64,000 bases of DNA from contig NC_043005.1 of assembly GCF_006345805.1 (NCBI RefSeq), positions 68,696,001 to 68,760,000 on the forward strand. Reading direction: 5' to 3'. The notes below the pieces were generated by a model. It saw only the letters and a program-made list of their open reading frames with translations, ran no database searches and had not been told where the DNA came from. The position numbers and the translations under genes were made by a program. The stretch is from Octopus sinensis (Eukaryota). Shown in pieces: positions 41,825-55,265 of the stretch (position 1 is its first letter; each line of letters starts with the position of its first letter).

Positions 41825-42195
41825 TCTTTACTCTTTTGCTCTTTTACCTGTCTCAGTCATTTGACTGCGACCATGCTGGAGCACTGCTTTTTTGTCGAGC
41901 AAATCGACCCCAGGCCGTTTTCTTTGTAAGCTTAGTACTTATTCTATCGGACTTTTTTCCTGAACCGCTAAGTTACTGGGACGTAAACACACCACCATCG
42001 GTTGTCAAGCAATGTTAGGAGGACATCACGGATACATACACACACATATATACATATATATGACGGGATTCTTTCAGTTACCGTCTACAAAATCCACTCA
42101 TAAGGCTTTGGTCGGCCCGCGGATATAGCAGTGGGACTGAATCCGGCACCATGTAGTTGATAAACAAGCTACTTACCACACATCACTCCTATGCC
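41825..42195 (-). mobile_element. SINE family B, near full length
   Basis: Head ggcataggagtgatgtgtggtaagtagcttg...ggattcagtcccactgc; (GAGTAAAA)n-like tail. Confidence 0.95.
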
Positions 42196-43904
42196 TATGA
42201 ATATATATATAATGGTTGGAAGAAGTGCAACTGAACTTTTGAGTTATCTGTTAATGTGACGTAGGCCCAGTGATGGTTGTAGTGTTGTTAATATAAGGGT
42301 AGGTATTTTATTGTCGGCGTGTGCACTTGAAAGTGCTTGGTTGTGTAGCTAGGAAGTTGCTGAGATATTTGAAGGCGACGAGAAGGGCTGCGGGAAAGAA
42401 TACAATTCGGAATTTGAGGATCATTTCAACTAACTCCCAAACCAAATTCGAATTAAAATGCATTAGTCAATCTGAGCAGCATGAGGAGCAAAAGGACATT
42501 CGCACTAAGTTTTGCGTATAGATATTGAACCGGCGACTACTTAAGTGTGATACGAAGGTTGCTTTCATCATGTCTCTGTATTTACTGAGAAACTAACAAC
42601 TTGCGTTCTTCATTATCGTATTTCGTTATATACTCTGACACATAATCGAAATTAATGGAGACCCTAATTTCTGAACTACGTAGATGAACTAATACAGGAA
42701 TCTTTATTTGGTCGTTAGAACTTGTAGTAATAACAAATACAATTCCTTAGAAATTTCGGACTTATGCTGTAAGGAAATGAATGATTGGATAATGTACTTC
42801 TAGACGGCATCGATAAAACTAAAAAGCTATGTGATTGTATCAACTTGAAAGCTTTCCATTATAAATCTCAATAATGCAAGCTGAGCTAGATTAAACTTCT
42901 GAAGTGATAAATACGTTTCATTAAGGAATTGTAATTAACAACATATAAATATTGAAATATAAATATTGTCATGACATTTTTCTTGGACGTCATCCACATA
43001 GTAATTTGTTATTTGAGTCAGCAAGCGCATATTTATTAAGAAGACTATGCAAAAGCCACAACTGTAGTCAGACTCTGTAACAAAAGATTGTGTATCAATT
43101 TACTGTATAACAGCACACACGGAGCAAGTTTCTATGTTGTTATCGCTATATGTGTGTTTAATAGAATGGTGTTATGAGAGTTTGATTTATTCGACATGTG
43201 ATATTTGGTACATCAACTTAATTAACGAGTATTAAATTCTTGAGGTGTCAACATTGTCTTTTATCCTTTTGAGATCAGTAAATTGCTTTACTTAACAAGT
43301 AGTTCGGTTGAGGTATGATATGCTACACTCAGTTTAACTCTTTTATCTATATCATAATTAAGCGGATCACCGAGGGAGGGAAAGAAGTGGGGAGGATGAA
43401 TCAAAATATACATCACATTATATTAAGGGGAGGAGAAAAACGTTATTATTGAGAGAAATATACAGTATGTGTGCGCTAGTGTATTTAAGAGATGGAAAGA
43501 GAGAAGGGAGAGAGGGTGAGAAAGAGGGGAGAGAGAGGAGAGAGGGAGACAGTGTGTGTGAAAGAGAGATAAATAGACTGACAAACAGATAGGCAGTCAG
43601 ACAGGTCGATAGCTAGCTAACTAGATTGATAGTGTCGTCACCGTATTAACTAACAACATTTGATTCAAAACGTGGGAATATTAAGTACAAGTCTATGAAC
43701 ACACATTGGCTGACTTTCACTATATAAAAATATAGATAGTTATTTTTTGTTAGGTTGTTTGCGTGTGTGTATCTGTGTTTTTTTATGTCGGTCAACACAC
43801 ACAGCTCAACATATATTTTAATAAAACACTTTCACTATATTTCGTTTTTGGATTTTGTTTGCAAGATTCTTTATATGAGTTCGTGTGTTAAAGCATATTC
43901 TGTT

Positions 43905-44083
43905 GTGTCTGGGAGAGAGTCATTTTCTTTTTATGCCTTATAATGTAACACACTCACCGGTAAAATTTCCACTTATTTCTTATTTCTATTTATATTTTTA
44001 TAAAAAAAAAGAGATAAGTGGAAATTTTACCGGTGAGTGTGTTACAATATAAGGCATTAAAAAAAATTGCTTCCCCCAGATAA
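43905..44083. mobile_element. MITE-like hairpin
   Basis: atgccttataatgtaacacactcaccggtaaaatttccacttat pairs almost perfectly with ataagtggaaattttaccggtgagtgtgttacaatataaggcat. Confidence 0.8.
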
Positions 44084-44100
44084 TACTGGCACTATAATCC

Positions 44101-44506
44101 TTTCTACTTTCTATCGTAATCCTTTCAGACACAAAACCTGAAATTTTGCAGGAAGGGATAAGACGATGACATCGACCCCAGTGCTTAACTAGTAATTTTT
44201 TTTACCGAAAGGATGAAAGGCAAAGTCGCCCTTGGCGAATTTGAGCTCGGATCGTAAAAAGCAGATGAAATGCCTATTTCTTTACTAACCACAAGGGGCT
44301 AAACACAGAGAGGACAAACAAGGACAGACAAACGGATTAAGTCGATTACATCGACCCCAGTGCGTAACTGGTACTTAATTTATCGACCCCGAAAGGATGA
44401 AAGGCAAAGTCGACCTCGGCGAAATTTGAACTCAGAACGTAGCGGCAGATGAAATGCCGCTAAGCATTTCGCCTGGCTTGCTAAGGATTCTGCCAGTTCA
44501 CCGCTT
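44101..44506 (-). mobile_element. Dimeric family A SINE
   Basis: Core gaaaggatgaaaggcaaagtcg occurs twice, separated by the cctatttctttactaaccacaaggggc segment. Confidence 0.9.
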
Positions 44507-44627
44507 TAGACTTTCACTATAACAAGTTGTGGTTGTGGTTTTGTCGTTGAGAAATTCTGTGTGTGTGTGTGTGTGAGAGAGAGGAGAGAGAGAGAGAAAG
44601 AGAGAGAGAGAAAGAGAGAGAGAAATT

Positions 44628-44665
<38 letters not shown>

Positions 44666-45576
44666 AAGAGAGAGAGAAATTGAGAGAGAGAGAGAGAGAG
44701 AGAAAGTGTTAGTCCGAGAAAGTGTCTATGTGGGAAGATAGACCATATACTATTAGAAGAATGTGCTAATATTTTTAGCGGCAGCTTAGCAACGAATAAA
44801 AACCTAATATATAGTGAAAATCTCATGGCTGTAATTCTTAATATGGCTGCAATATGTAGAGTAAATTTTTAATATTTGGTTGTTGAAAGTCGTAATTTCT
44901 GTAGAAATATCATGATCCCTCACCCAACTCCGTGTAGACATTATTTCCGAATATATCCCTTATTTCAAGGAGATGAAGAGGTTTTAATTTGGTGCCAGAA
45001 CGAATCGGTTAACAGTCTGTGCAGCGTGCCAAAAGCTGTTTTCAGTTTTCAGTGGTGAGTGCCTCCCAGCTATTGCTTTAAATATTCACTACTGAAAAGA
45101 AGAAAGTATAGTGTGAGAAGAAGCTGGCAATAAAACACAACGCTAACTTGGATAATAATAATAATTACGTGGGTAATTTAGCGGTGCAGTTATCAAAGGC
45201 AGGAACAGTAGCACCACCAGAACCACCACCACCACCACCCCACAATAATAACCGTGTGAAAAACGAATATGTCAATACCTCTTTCAAGACACGGTTTCAA
45301 ATCTTGCAACACAAATTCATAAACACAGACATACACACACAGACACCACACACGCACATACAAACACACACACACACATGCTAGACCACTGAACTCTACG
45401 GGATTTTTCTTCATTCTCTCTCTGTTTATTTTCTCTTACTTCTTTCTGTTGAAGAGCGTAGGCTCAAAAGTAAAAGAAGTTTTCATTTTTCCCGAGCGTC
45501 AAATTAAATACTTGCTTGTTGTTCATACAACTGTCTTCGTCCTTTGTATTTCTATAAATTTCGTCTCTCTCTCTCA

Positions 45577-45646
<70 letters not shown>

Positions 45647-45690
45647 AGTAAAAAAGTAAAAGAGTAAAAGAGTAAAAGAGTATAAATATA

Positions 45691-46058
45691 TACTCTTTTA
45701 CTCTTTTCAGTCATTTGACTGCGGCCATGCTGGAGAACCGCCTTTAATCGAGCAACTCGATCCCGGGGTTTATTCTTTGTAAGCTCAGTACTTATTCTAT
45801 TGTTCTCTTTTGCCGAACCGCTATGTGACGGGGACATAAACACAGCAGCATAGGGGAACAAACACAAACATACATGTACACATATATACATATATACGAC
45901 GGGCTTCTTTCAGTTTCCGTCTGCCAAATCCACTCACAAGGCTTCGGTCGGCCCGAGGCTATAGTAGAAGGCACTTGTCCAACATGCCACGCAGTGGGAC
46001 TGAACCCGGAACCATGTAGTTGGTAAACAAGGTACTTACCACACGCCACTCCTGCGCC
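45691..46058 (-). mobile_element. SINE family B, full length and young
   Basis: Head ggcgcaggagtggcgtgtggtaagta...ccgggttcagtcccactgcgtggc through to the (GAGTAAAA)n tail. Confidence 0.95.
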
Positions 46059-46621
46059 TATATATATATATATATTCCGGATTGAGATGATTATCATCAC
46101 ATTGAATATACAATCCATCCGCAGCAACATGTATGTTTTTATGCTTATGTGGAATGCTCAGCCTAATGTAAACATTAATGTATGCAGGAATTAAATATGT
46201 AATATTGTAAAATATGCACCTGATGCTGTTTTGTTTGATCATTGAAGCAGCCTTTAAACGTTACTGCCAGACTTTACTTGCAACAGATGTGTGGGTTGTA
46301 ATTTGTTTGAGCAAATTTACATTCAGTAAATATCTAGGGAGATCTACTGCTTTGGTTAAATGACTATAGTTAAGTGTGTGCAAGCCTACCTTCACTAATA
46401 CGCAATGGAATATTAATAAGTTAAAATTACAAATTTATTGATTAACAGCTATGTTCTAAATGACAAATTCTGATTGAAATGACGTGTACAAGCTTGATAT
46501 TTTAATGAAGTCGAATTAACTCTATATAGAATATTGAAATGCATTGCGAAATATATAAATCTTTTTCAGAATGAGATAAAAAGACCAAGTCTGTGATGAT
46601 TTTAGAACATTTATAAATAAG

Positions 46622-46664
46622 TCTTACAGCTGTTTCCGGGTTTTTTATATCCCTTCATCGGAGA
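46622..46664 (-). ncRNA. Minimal type I hammerhead-like motif in a probable PLE pseudo-LTR
   Basis: tct CCGATGA A GGG atataaaaaa CCC G GAAAC AGCT GTA aga; palindromic loop III, 3-bp stem I. Confidence 0.6.
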
Positions 46665-47759
46665 AGGTGTGAGAAAATGGTTAAGCAATAGTTAATTTAG
46701 ATAAGATATAAAATAGAGGGTGAAGTGGAGGAATGAAAATAGATGTGAGATATGCAGGGATATTGCATTTGTAGATCCATTATTTAGCCAGAATGGTACA
46801 CATATAAAACTCCAATATCTCGTGAGTAAATTTTGATAGTATTTACAATTGACCATTCCAAGTATAGAGTTTGTACATAGTGCTATTGAATCGAGGGTTT
46901 ATTTAAAGTGACCTAAAGGTAGGGAATGTATTTGTAAGGTCAAATCGAAAACAGAAAGAGAGGAATAAAAAACGGAAAAAGGAAAATAGAAAAGGAAAAA
47001 GATAAGGAAGGAGAAAGATAATAAAGAGATGAAGAGAGGAAAACTGTACCAGTGAGTGGTCAGTCAAAATAAATTGATTGTAGGAAAGGAGAGGTGAGGG
47101 TGATTGAGCGAGAAAGATATGAGGGTAAAAAAAGATGATAGGGTAAAGAGTAAAGGAGTGTAATATAGAAGGAAATGAGGGGGTGATAGAGAGACAGGTA
47201 TAATAGGGTAAAACAAAATAGAAGTAAAGTGTCGGGTATGTAGCGATGGCGCCTAAGTGATGGGGCAGAAAGGGGGTAGAAGTCGCAATATGGTGGAATG
47301 AAGAAGTTGGGAATATATATTAGGGCGGTTGGACAGATCAGTGCTTAGGAGTAGAAGAAAATATATATGTAAAGAAGTATAAAGATGCATATATTAAACA
47401 TGTACACATATATTTATACAGATATTTATACATGACAACATCTACACATGCAACTCGTACTCATATGTATATGTACATATGTGTACCCATATAAACGTGT
47501 ATTTGTATGTATTATCGCCCCTGCACACGCATACATACATACATTTACACATACACGTATACACACATACATACATATGCACATATGCATGCACGCATAT
47601 ACACAAGAATATAACTAAATGTTGTGATATTCGAGTATGAAAGAGGAATTAGATTGGGATTCGGAGTTAAAATGCAGATTTATAAGTTTATTCGGATTAC
47701 CTAAGGGATATTCTGGAAATATACTGTATGGTCATTGAGGCACTTGGACTTATGGTAGA

Positions 47760-48095
47760 ATTTGAATGAAAACGCGGTGGTTGCATGTTCTTAGTGCCTC
47801 ATTATGTTTATTTAGCAGTGCTCCAGAGTCGTGATTCAATATGTGAAGTGCCTCCTTGCGCGTTGCCCTCGATAGGGAAGCCTTGAATGCAGTATGGACC
47901 ATGATAGAGTATAGGGCATATTTATATTTTTGAGATGATATATGTGGTTGGTTAGTGTTGTAGATTTACTATGTTTATCGTATATAAAAGAAAGAAGATG
48001 AGCGGCATATCGTTGCTTAAAATTTTTTGCTGGTCCTATGTATATGCCTGTTGAGTGTGTAGTAGATTAAGGACAGTGCATTTGTAAATTATGTA
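47760..48095 (-). mobile_element. Penelope-like GIY-YIG endonuclease relic
   Basis: IIYKCTV...IYIGPAKNFKQRYAAHLLSF...KSTTLTNHIYHLKNINMPYTLSWSIL. Confidence 0.85.
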
Positions 48096-48097
48096 CA

Positions 48098-48215
48098 TTA
48101 ACTCTTGCTTAACCATTTTCTCACACTGTCTCTATGAAGGGATATACAAAAAATTATTTATATTCATAACTGTTCTAAAATCATCAGAGCCTTGGTTTTT
48201 TTCTCATTCTGCAAA
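48098..48215 (+). mobile_element. Inverted partial copy of the 46560-46700 pseudo-LTR, with the ribozyme 3' half deleted
   Basis: ttgcttaaccattttctcacac...atgaagggatata and tgttctaaaatcatca match the reverse complement of 46560-46700. Confidence 0.75.
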
Positions 48216-48372
48216 AAAATAAAATTATATATACACATACTGATATATGACCTACTTTGGACTCGTTATTCGCATGATCACCGAACCTAGAGGTTAAGTA
48301 TGGTCTGTCCATAGTATTTACTTAGCATTACCTGACACCATTAGGTCTTATTGACACCATTACATCTCATAA

Positions 48373-48433
<61 letters not shown>

Positions 48434-48689
48434 TTATCATAAGTGGATGATATATATGTAAAAGAAGCACACTCTAAAGAATAGAGCAGTAATGTAGTTA
48501 CATGCATTTAAATATTTGTCTGACCACAGAATTACCAATAGTTTTGCATTCATAAATCCCTTAGCTTTATAGACAACTGAGGAAACTGTCATGGTGGAGG
48601 GCATATAACCTCTCTTCAAGCTGGAGATAGAAGACCGTTACGGTCAGTTCATTTGTAAATAAAAATAATATTCAGTTTGAGCTTTAAGC

Positions 48690-49140
48690 AAGATGTGTTA
48701 TCTCCCTCAGACCGTTCGATTGGCAGATCTAATGGACCTAAGGGCAAACAGAGCACCCCTACCCTTAGGCAATATTCGATCTGCAAGAACTTTTTCCAGC
48801 CCTAATCGACGATCGTGGAATCCCAAGCATGCAGCAGGTAGCGTTTGGAATGTAGGCGGGGATATACATCTTGAGTTTAAGAGAGATACTTGGTCCAGTG
48901 TGCCTTTACACATCCTTGCCCGTGCAGCTAGGCAAATCTTGCATCACCAGGAACTGTACACCTGTACACCTGTACAACCCCAGGTCCGCTTTTAGGATTC
49001 CGGAAAGGCGTCGCATCACGTCCCTGGCTAGCAACATGTGGCGCCTTAAGGATGAACGAATCCCATACGGAAGGTCATAGAGCAACCAGGGTCCTATATA
49101 AACGGGAACGGACGTTGCAGGCATTGTATAGCAGTGAGGG
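48690..49140 (+). mobile_element. Old RTE-like LINE RT C-terminal relic
   Basis: RRRITSLASNMWRLKDERIPYG resembles RRLRWLGHVxRMxDERIP; GC-richer than flanks. Confidence 0.4.
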
Positions 49141-49149
49141 CAAAGATCT

Positions 49150-49271
49150 TCGACGCCGAAAGGATGAAAAGCACAATCAACCTCAGCGGCTTTAGAACTC
49201 AGAGAGTAAAATCGGAAGAAACGCCGCTAAGCATTCTGTCCGGCTCGGTAACAATTCTGTTGACTCACCGC
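49150..49271 (-). mobile_element. SINE family A, 5' half
   Basis: cgaaaggatgaaaag...cctcagcggctttagaactcagag...ccgctaagcatt...ctcaccgc. Confidence 0.8.
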
Positions 49272-51690
49272 TTTTGTACCGTTTTCTATAATATATCAAA
49301 TTAGTCAACTACGTTCTGTAGCGTACTTATAGAACTATTTTAAAGTCATTATAAACAATTAGCATGAGTTCTGTATGTCATTGAATGTTTATGTCGCTGA
49401 AAATTGCCTTATGCCCTTTTCTCACCTCTGTACGTTTGAATTCCGGTTTGAAATCCAGATAGAGTTGACTTTTGCATTTGTCGTTCTGTGTATACTGGAA
49501 CTTCCGGCTCTTTGTTATCAGAAATAAATAAATAAGAATATAAAGCAGACAAAACTTCTATCCTTGTAAAAATCTAGCTACCAGAAGTATTGAAGCAACA
49601 ATAAACTGAATTTCTATATGTAGGAGGCATTTTTATTACAGTACTTGTGGAATACAATTTCGTTGACTCAGAGCGGTAGATTTACTCGACAAAATTCTTA
49701 CTTCAAAGCAACTTTTGCATTGTTACGATGTTAGCTACAATATCTATTCCTAATATAATGTTAATTTAATCGACTATAACATTCAGGAAGAAACTTCTAC
49801 AAAGTGAGTTGATCCACCAGGCACAACGATTATATCTCCTTTAGGCCAAAATCTGCAGTTGAAGACTGGAAGGGGACATTGTATAATGTTGTTCTAGGTC
49901 CTACATACAATATGTTTAAAAAAGAAAACGAGATGGCATATTCGTAGTTGGAATGCAAATGATCATTGACTTGTCCATCATGTCTGGCCTATGGTTATAA
50001 CAATAGCGCCAATTATTATATCCACTTGACTCTGCTATTGCGAATTTGAATAACATGAATATAACATAGCAAGCTATAAAGCATTAATGTTTGTGATATT
50101 CAACTTCTTAATTGTTATTTTATAAAGGTCCATTATAAACCGCGAATATTTAATAGCTTGTAAAGAGAAAAAATGAAGTTATATTATGAACTTCAGTATT
50201 TGGCCATGGATAAGTTTGCGTTATAATAATTAATGCAGGGAACATTAAAAGATAACACGAAACAATTATGCTAAGGAATGAGAATATTCAATGGCCAATA
50301 TTATTTTCATTTTTATAATTAATACTCTATTGTTTATTCAGATAGCGTCTCTAAATTAATATTTCATTAAGGAAAATGATTCTTTTACGTTGTAATTAAC
50401 CTGTAACACTTAATGTATTAATTTACTTGAACACAACGCAAACTAATACATCGCTTTATCTCTCTCATGCAAACCCTCAAACAAAGTAGAATGTCCGAAA
50501 CAGACAATTTATTCCTCACGGTCATAAACTTATCGAACTCTTCCGAGAACATCCCTATGGACCAGTTGTTGTTGACACCGACTCATACTAATTACCGTGG
50601 ATTCTGGAAGTATCGGTTACATTATGCATCTCATTTTTACGTCAATAAAAAAAAAACTCTTCAGCGGGATACGTATCCGCTAGTTCAAGTATTTGTTTCT
50701 ACAATACTGACTTGATGAAGTTCGGCTTATACTGGGGTATACTGCAGTTATCATATTTATCATGCAATCATTAATGGTAAAGTAAATCATTCTAAGATTA
50801 CAGTTTAATAACTAGAGGCTCATGATTAATGGCATATCCAATTACGTTTAGTTTCTTCTATAACTACAAATTTACAACTCTTCCATGTCGCACACGGAAA
50901 CTGCAGCACAGATAGATGTTTCATCAGCAGTGATTATGAAAAGGAAATGAAATGGTTTCAACACGAAATTGAAAGCTTCATCAAGCGCATGGAGATTGAT
51001 CCATGATATTTGGTGATCATGTTAAAGTAATCCTAATTTGTTTTCACTGAAATGAAAGACATTTCGAAACACAAGAACAGAAGTGACACAAGAACAGCAG
51101 TGATTTTTTTCCTGTTTCCTTTTAATTACGGAACTTGTAGTAATTGAAGGAAGTCTCATGAAGTCCTATATTTCTTTATGTTAGTGCGAATATTCATTTG
51201 AAAAAAATAGCTTGAATGCACATATGTTTAATGCCACTCAAAGGTAAAGTACTCAGTTACTTAAAACTATTAAAATAACGTATGCATATTATATAGTAAC
51301 GTAGATATCTATGAAGATGATGACATAATTGTAAATCAGCAATGACTCTTTACACTTTATAATAGAGTTTATTTAATAGAGTTTATTAATAGAGTTCATT
51401 ATATAATAGAGTGTATTAAGGAAGATGATCTGCATTTCACAAATAAGTCAGTCTTCAAACAATAGTTATAAAATCTTGAAAAGATGTGTTCCTATGAAAA
51501 AGAATTGTTATCCCATTCTTCTAAATTAAAATCTATTGAATTGCATCTAGAAGGAATAAAAGATTTTCACATGTAGATTTTAAAGAACCATAATTTTTCA
51601 TGTGATACATTTGATTACTCTATTCTCACGACTCGTTCTTTTTGGCACTCCTTCTTCCAGGTACAACCGTTCTTAGGTTTCTTATAATAT

Positions 51691-51715
51691 TTGTATATAT
51701 ATATACATATATATA

Positions 51716-51761
<46 letters not shown>

Positions 51762-51779
51762 ATATATATATATGTATGT

Positions 51780-51874
<95 letters not shown>

Positions 51875-51910
51875 ACATATATATATATATTATATATATA
51901 TATATGTATA
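51691..51910. repeat. Long compound (TA)n/(TATG)n microsatellite (representative of many others in the window)
   Basis: Read directly. Confidence 0.98.
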
Positions 51911-52446
51911 AGTTTATAAAAAGAGCGACAGAAAGCATGAGAGAAAGAGAGAGTGAGCGAGAGCACGTGTGTCTATATACATAATATGTGCATGTGAGAA
52001 ATTGTATGTAAGTATATGCAGGTGCGTATGTGGATATGAATGCACGAGCCCTAGCGGTTTCTTTTACTTACGATCATAATATCACAAGTACAGTAGTTGA
52101 AAGGGTATTTCGTTGAGAACTTAAGCAACACACTTTCTTTTCAGGTGGCTGCCTTCAATAGCAGGTGAATCTCTCTCTTTCTCTCTCTTTCGCTTCCTCT
52201 GCTTCTCTTTTTCTGCCTCAAGCTGCCACATCTCAGATATACCACTGGGAGACCGACCAGAAGAGTTGCAGGAGATACCGAAATGATCTGGACGCCGTGG
52301 TTTAAGCCAATGGCGATTTTGTTGAACAAATTTACTCTTTAGTATTTCAAGATATTTTCATGTAACTTTGGTAAATATATCTGTGAAAATGAGATGTCAG
52401 TATTATTTTAATGTTTGCGCAACTTATACGACAGATTCACCGCAAC

Positions 52447-52519
<73 letters not shown>

Positions 52520-52588
52520 TGTGTGTGTGTGTGTGTGTGTATACATATAATATACATACACACGTACATACTTACATACGTACATACA

Positions 52589-52960
52589 TACGGGGTGATA
52601 TGGAAAAGTTCCACGACTAGTTATTTTTAAGAAAAAAAAAACTTTTGTACCTGAGTTTGAAATAGCCATTTTGTCGGCAATACACCGGTCCTGCGCTCCT
52701 CTCACTTTTGGGGTCCGGCCTCAAAGTTGTTTTCCGTAAGCGAGTCTACTACCTTCTGCGATTCACTTTGAATCTCGACAACCCTGTCAAAACGGTCACC
52801 TCTGAGCTGTAAGTTCATCTTGGGGAAGAGATGAAAGTCCCCGGGAGCACAATCTTGCAAATAAAGCGGAGGCAGAAGCAATACCGTGTAGTTTTTAGCG
52901 AGAAACTCACGAGTGAGTAGAGCTCGGGGACAGAGCACATATTCGTCTTGAAGTATCTAA
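52589..52960 (-). mobile_element. Mariner (Tc1/mariner) relic: transposase C-terminus and one TIR-like end
   Basis: REFLAKNYTVLLLPPLYLQDCAPGDFHLFPKMNLQLRGDRF resembles the mariner HPPYSPDLAPxDF motif; TA-cggggtgatatggaaaagttcc terminus. Confidence 0.9.
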
Positions 52961-53201
52961 GACTGTGTGCTCCACAGATCATGTTGCTTTCCCTATATAT
53001 ACGGGAGATAAGCAGTTCCACCCGACAAAGCCAATACGATCTCTATCTGTCTGTCTGACTGTCTGTCTGTCTGTCTGTCTCTCTCTGTATATATATATAT
53101 ATATATGTATGTGTATATATATATATATACTTATATATATATGTATATATATGTATATATATATATATGTGTATATATATATATATGTATTTACACACAC
53201 A

Positions 53202-53278
<77 letters not shown>

Positions 53279-53376
53279 TTATAGTGATGAATTATATGGT
53301 TATTGACGATGTGTTTATTTTCGGAATATTTGGCATTAGAAATTTTTTTCTTGTGGCCTTGTTTATAAGTTGTTTC

Positions 53377-53426
<50 letters not shown>

Positions 53427-53497
53427 CATACATACATACATACATACATACATACATACATACATACATACATACATACATACATACATACGTGCAT

Positions 53498-53597
53498 GCA
53501 CAAGGGCAGGAATTTCGGCGGTGAGGGTAAGTAGATTACATTGATCCCAGCGTTGAAACGATGGCACGCGATGTCGATCTCTGCGGAATTTGAACTC
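53498..53597 (-). mobile_element. SINE family A fragment, internally deleted
   Basis: gattacattgatcccag...gtcgatctctgcggaatttgaactc. Confidence 0.7.
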
Positions 53598-54729
53598 ATA
53601 TATATTTATAATGTATAATAAAATAAAACACAAGAATTCATTCATAAAACTTACATTTATGCCGTATTACGCACGTTTCATTGACATTAATCTCATGTGT
53701 CCTTTAGAATAAAAACGGAAATTTTAGGCTCCAACACATATCTGTGCCAACAAATCTGATCCAAAATTGTGTTGACCATTATCATCTGTCTTCCGTCCCT
53801 GGCATCATGTATGCTGCACAAAATCTATAATTTTATAAATGCCAGTTTTGTGTATTCAGTTGGGCGCAGCTGTAAATTTAAAACTTGTTTCAGTTTGCGT
53901 TTATCCCTCTTTACCTCCGTGTATCTGAGCGACTACATGTGTGCATGTGTTTAAGTATACGGCAGCTAGTAAACATCAGTATCCGATACCCATGTACGCT
54001 GATGTAGGCATAAATGCAATCTCGAACATTGTTTGCAAACATACACACGTACACAGAGACGAACTTACACATATGTGTGAGTGTGTCTGTAACTGTGTGT
54101 CTGTATGTGCCTGTGTATGTAGATAAATATTATTTACGCAATTAACAAATTTCTGGGAACACATAGTATGTAGGAAAATTGAAAAGAATGTAAGGTAGAA
54201 TTCATTAAGATTGAGGCATCATTAAAGAGAAAAAAATCATTAAATAGGAGTTTAAGAATGTGTTGAATGGAGATAAGCCAAGAATTGCTATTGTTTTTTG
54301 CAAAAATTCAGAAGATAGCGTTTCCTATTACATATCCTTGAAATATCCTTGATGTCTATTTTAAATAAGATATTACGCTTAACCTTGTTAAAAGTTAGAA
54401 TCTGAAAATATTGATGATGTACGCGCGGTTAATAAAATATATACCAGTAAAAATATATATTTATGAAGTGAATTCTAATGTTCCGGACACGAAACTTTGT
54501 TGCAGAATACCAGAAGAGTCAGGTAGGATGGAAGGATGAAATAATCACGGCCGCAGTCAAATGATTTAAGCAAGTAAAAAATAAAATGATATCGAGGATT
54601 ATCAACTCTTTGTTTATTAAAAGCAATATAAGTCATTTGTGATATCCATTATTGTTAATAATATTGAAAATAATACTTTCAGCCTCATTCATTTTAGGCA
54701 CATGGACTGGAACAAGAGGATTGGTACTG

Positions 54730-55022
54730 GTGCTTAACTGATACTTGTTTTATCGATCTCCAAAGAATGAAGTGGAAAGTTGACCTCGGCCGTGTTTGAA
54801 CTATTTACATAGACGAAATAGCACTAAGCATGTTCTCTCAGCACGAGGCCTGACATTTTGGGGGAAGTTGCTAGTTTATTACGTCGATTACATCTGGTAC
54901 GTATTTTACTGACCCCGAAAGGCAAAGTCAACTTTAGAAGTATTGAAACTCGGATCGTACACACGAGGGAAATGATGCTAAGTAACCTGTCCAGCGTGCT
55001 AACGATTATGTATGCTCGCCGC
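54730..55022 (-). mobile_element. Two degenerate family A SINE copies
   Basis: ttgacctcggccgtgtttgaac and ccccgaaaggcaaagtcaac...gctaacgatt...ctcgccgc. Confidence 0.75.
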
Positions 55023-55061
55023 GTTAGTTGTATTGACAAAAAAAAATTAAAAAGAGAAAAA

Positions 55062-55265
55062 AAGGCAGCGAGTTGGCAGAATCCTTACCTAAAAGCTTAG
55101 CGGCATCACGTCTGTCTATAGGTTCTGAGTTCAAATGCCAGCAAGGTCGGCTTCACATTGAGCCTTGCGGTATCGATAAAATAAGTATTAGTTCAACGCT
55201 GGCGTCGCTATAATCGATTTATCAATTCTGTCGAAATTGCTGGCCTTGTACCAAAATTTGAAATC
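55062..55265 (+). mobile_element. SINE family A, head-to-head with the previous copy
   Basis: ggcagcgagttggcagaatc...gcttagcggc...ttctgagttcaaatgcc...ggccttgtaccaaaatttgaaa. Confidence 0.85.

Noticed and set aside
41300-42560. Possible degraded LINE around the family B SINE
   Set aside because: Only vague APE/RT-like peptide resemblance; too decayed to call
51615-53645. Many overlapping YI/VC/HT-rich ORFs here and elsewhere
   Set aside because: Translations of (TA)n, (TG)n and (CA)n microsatellites
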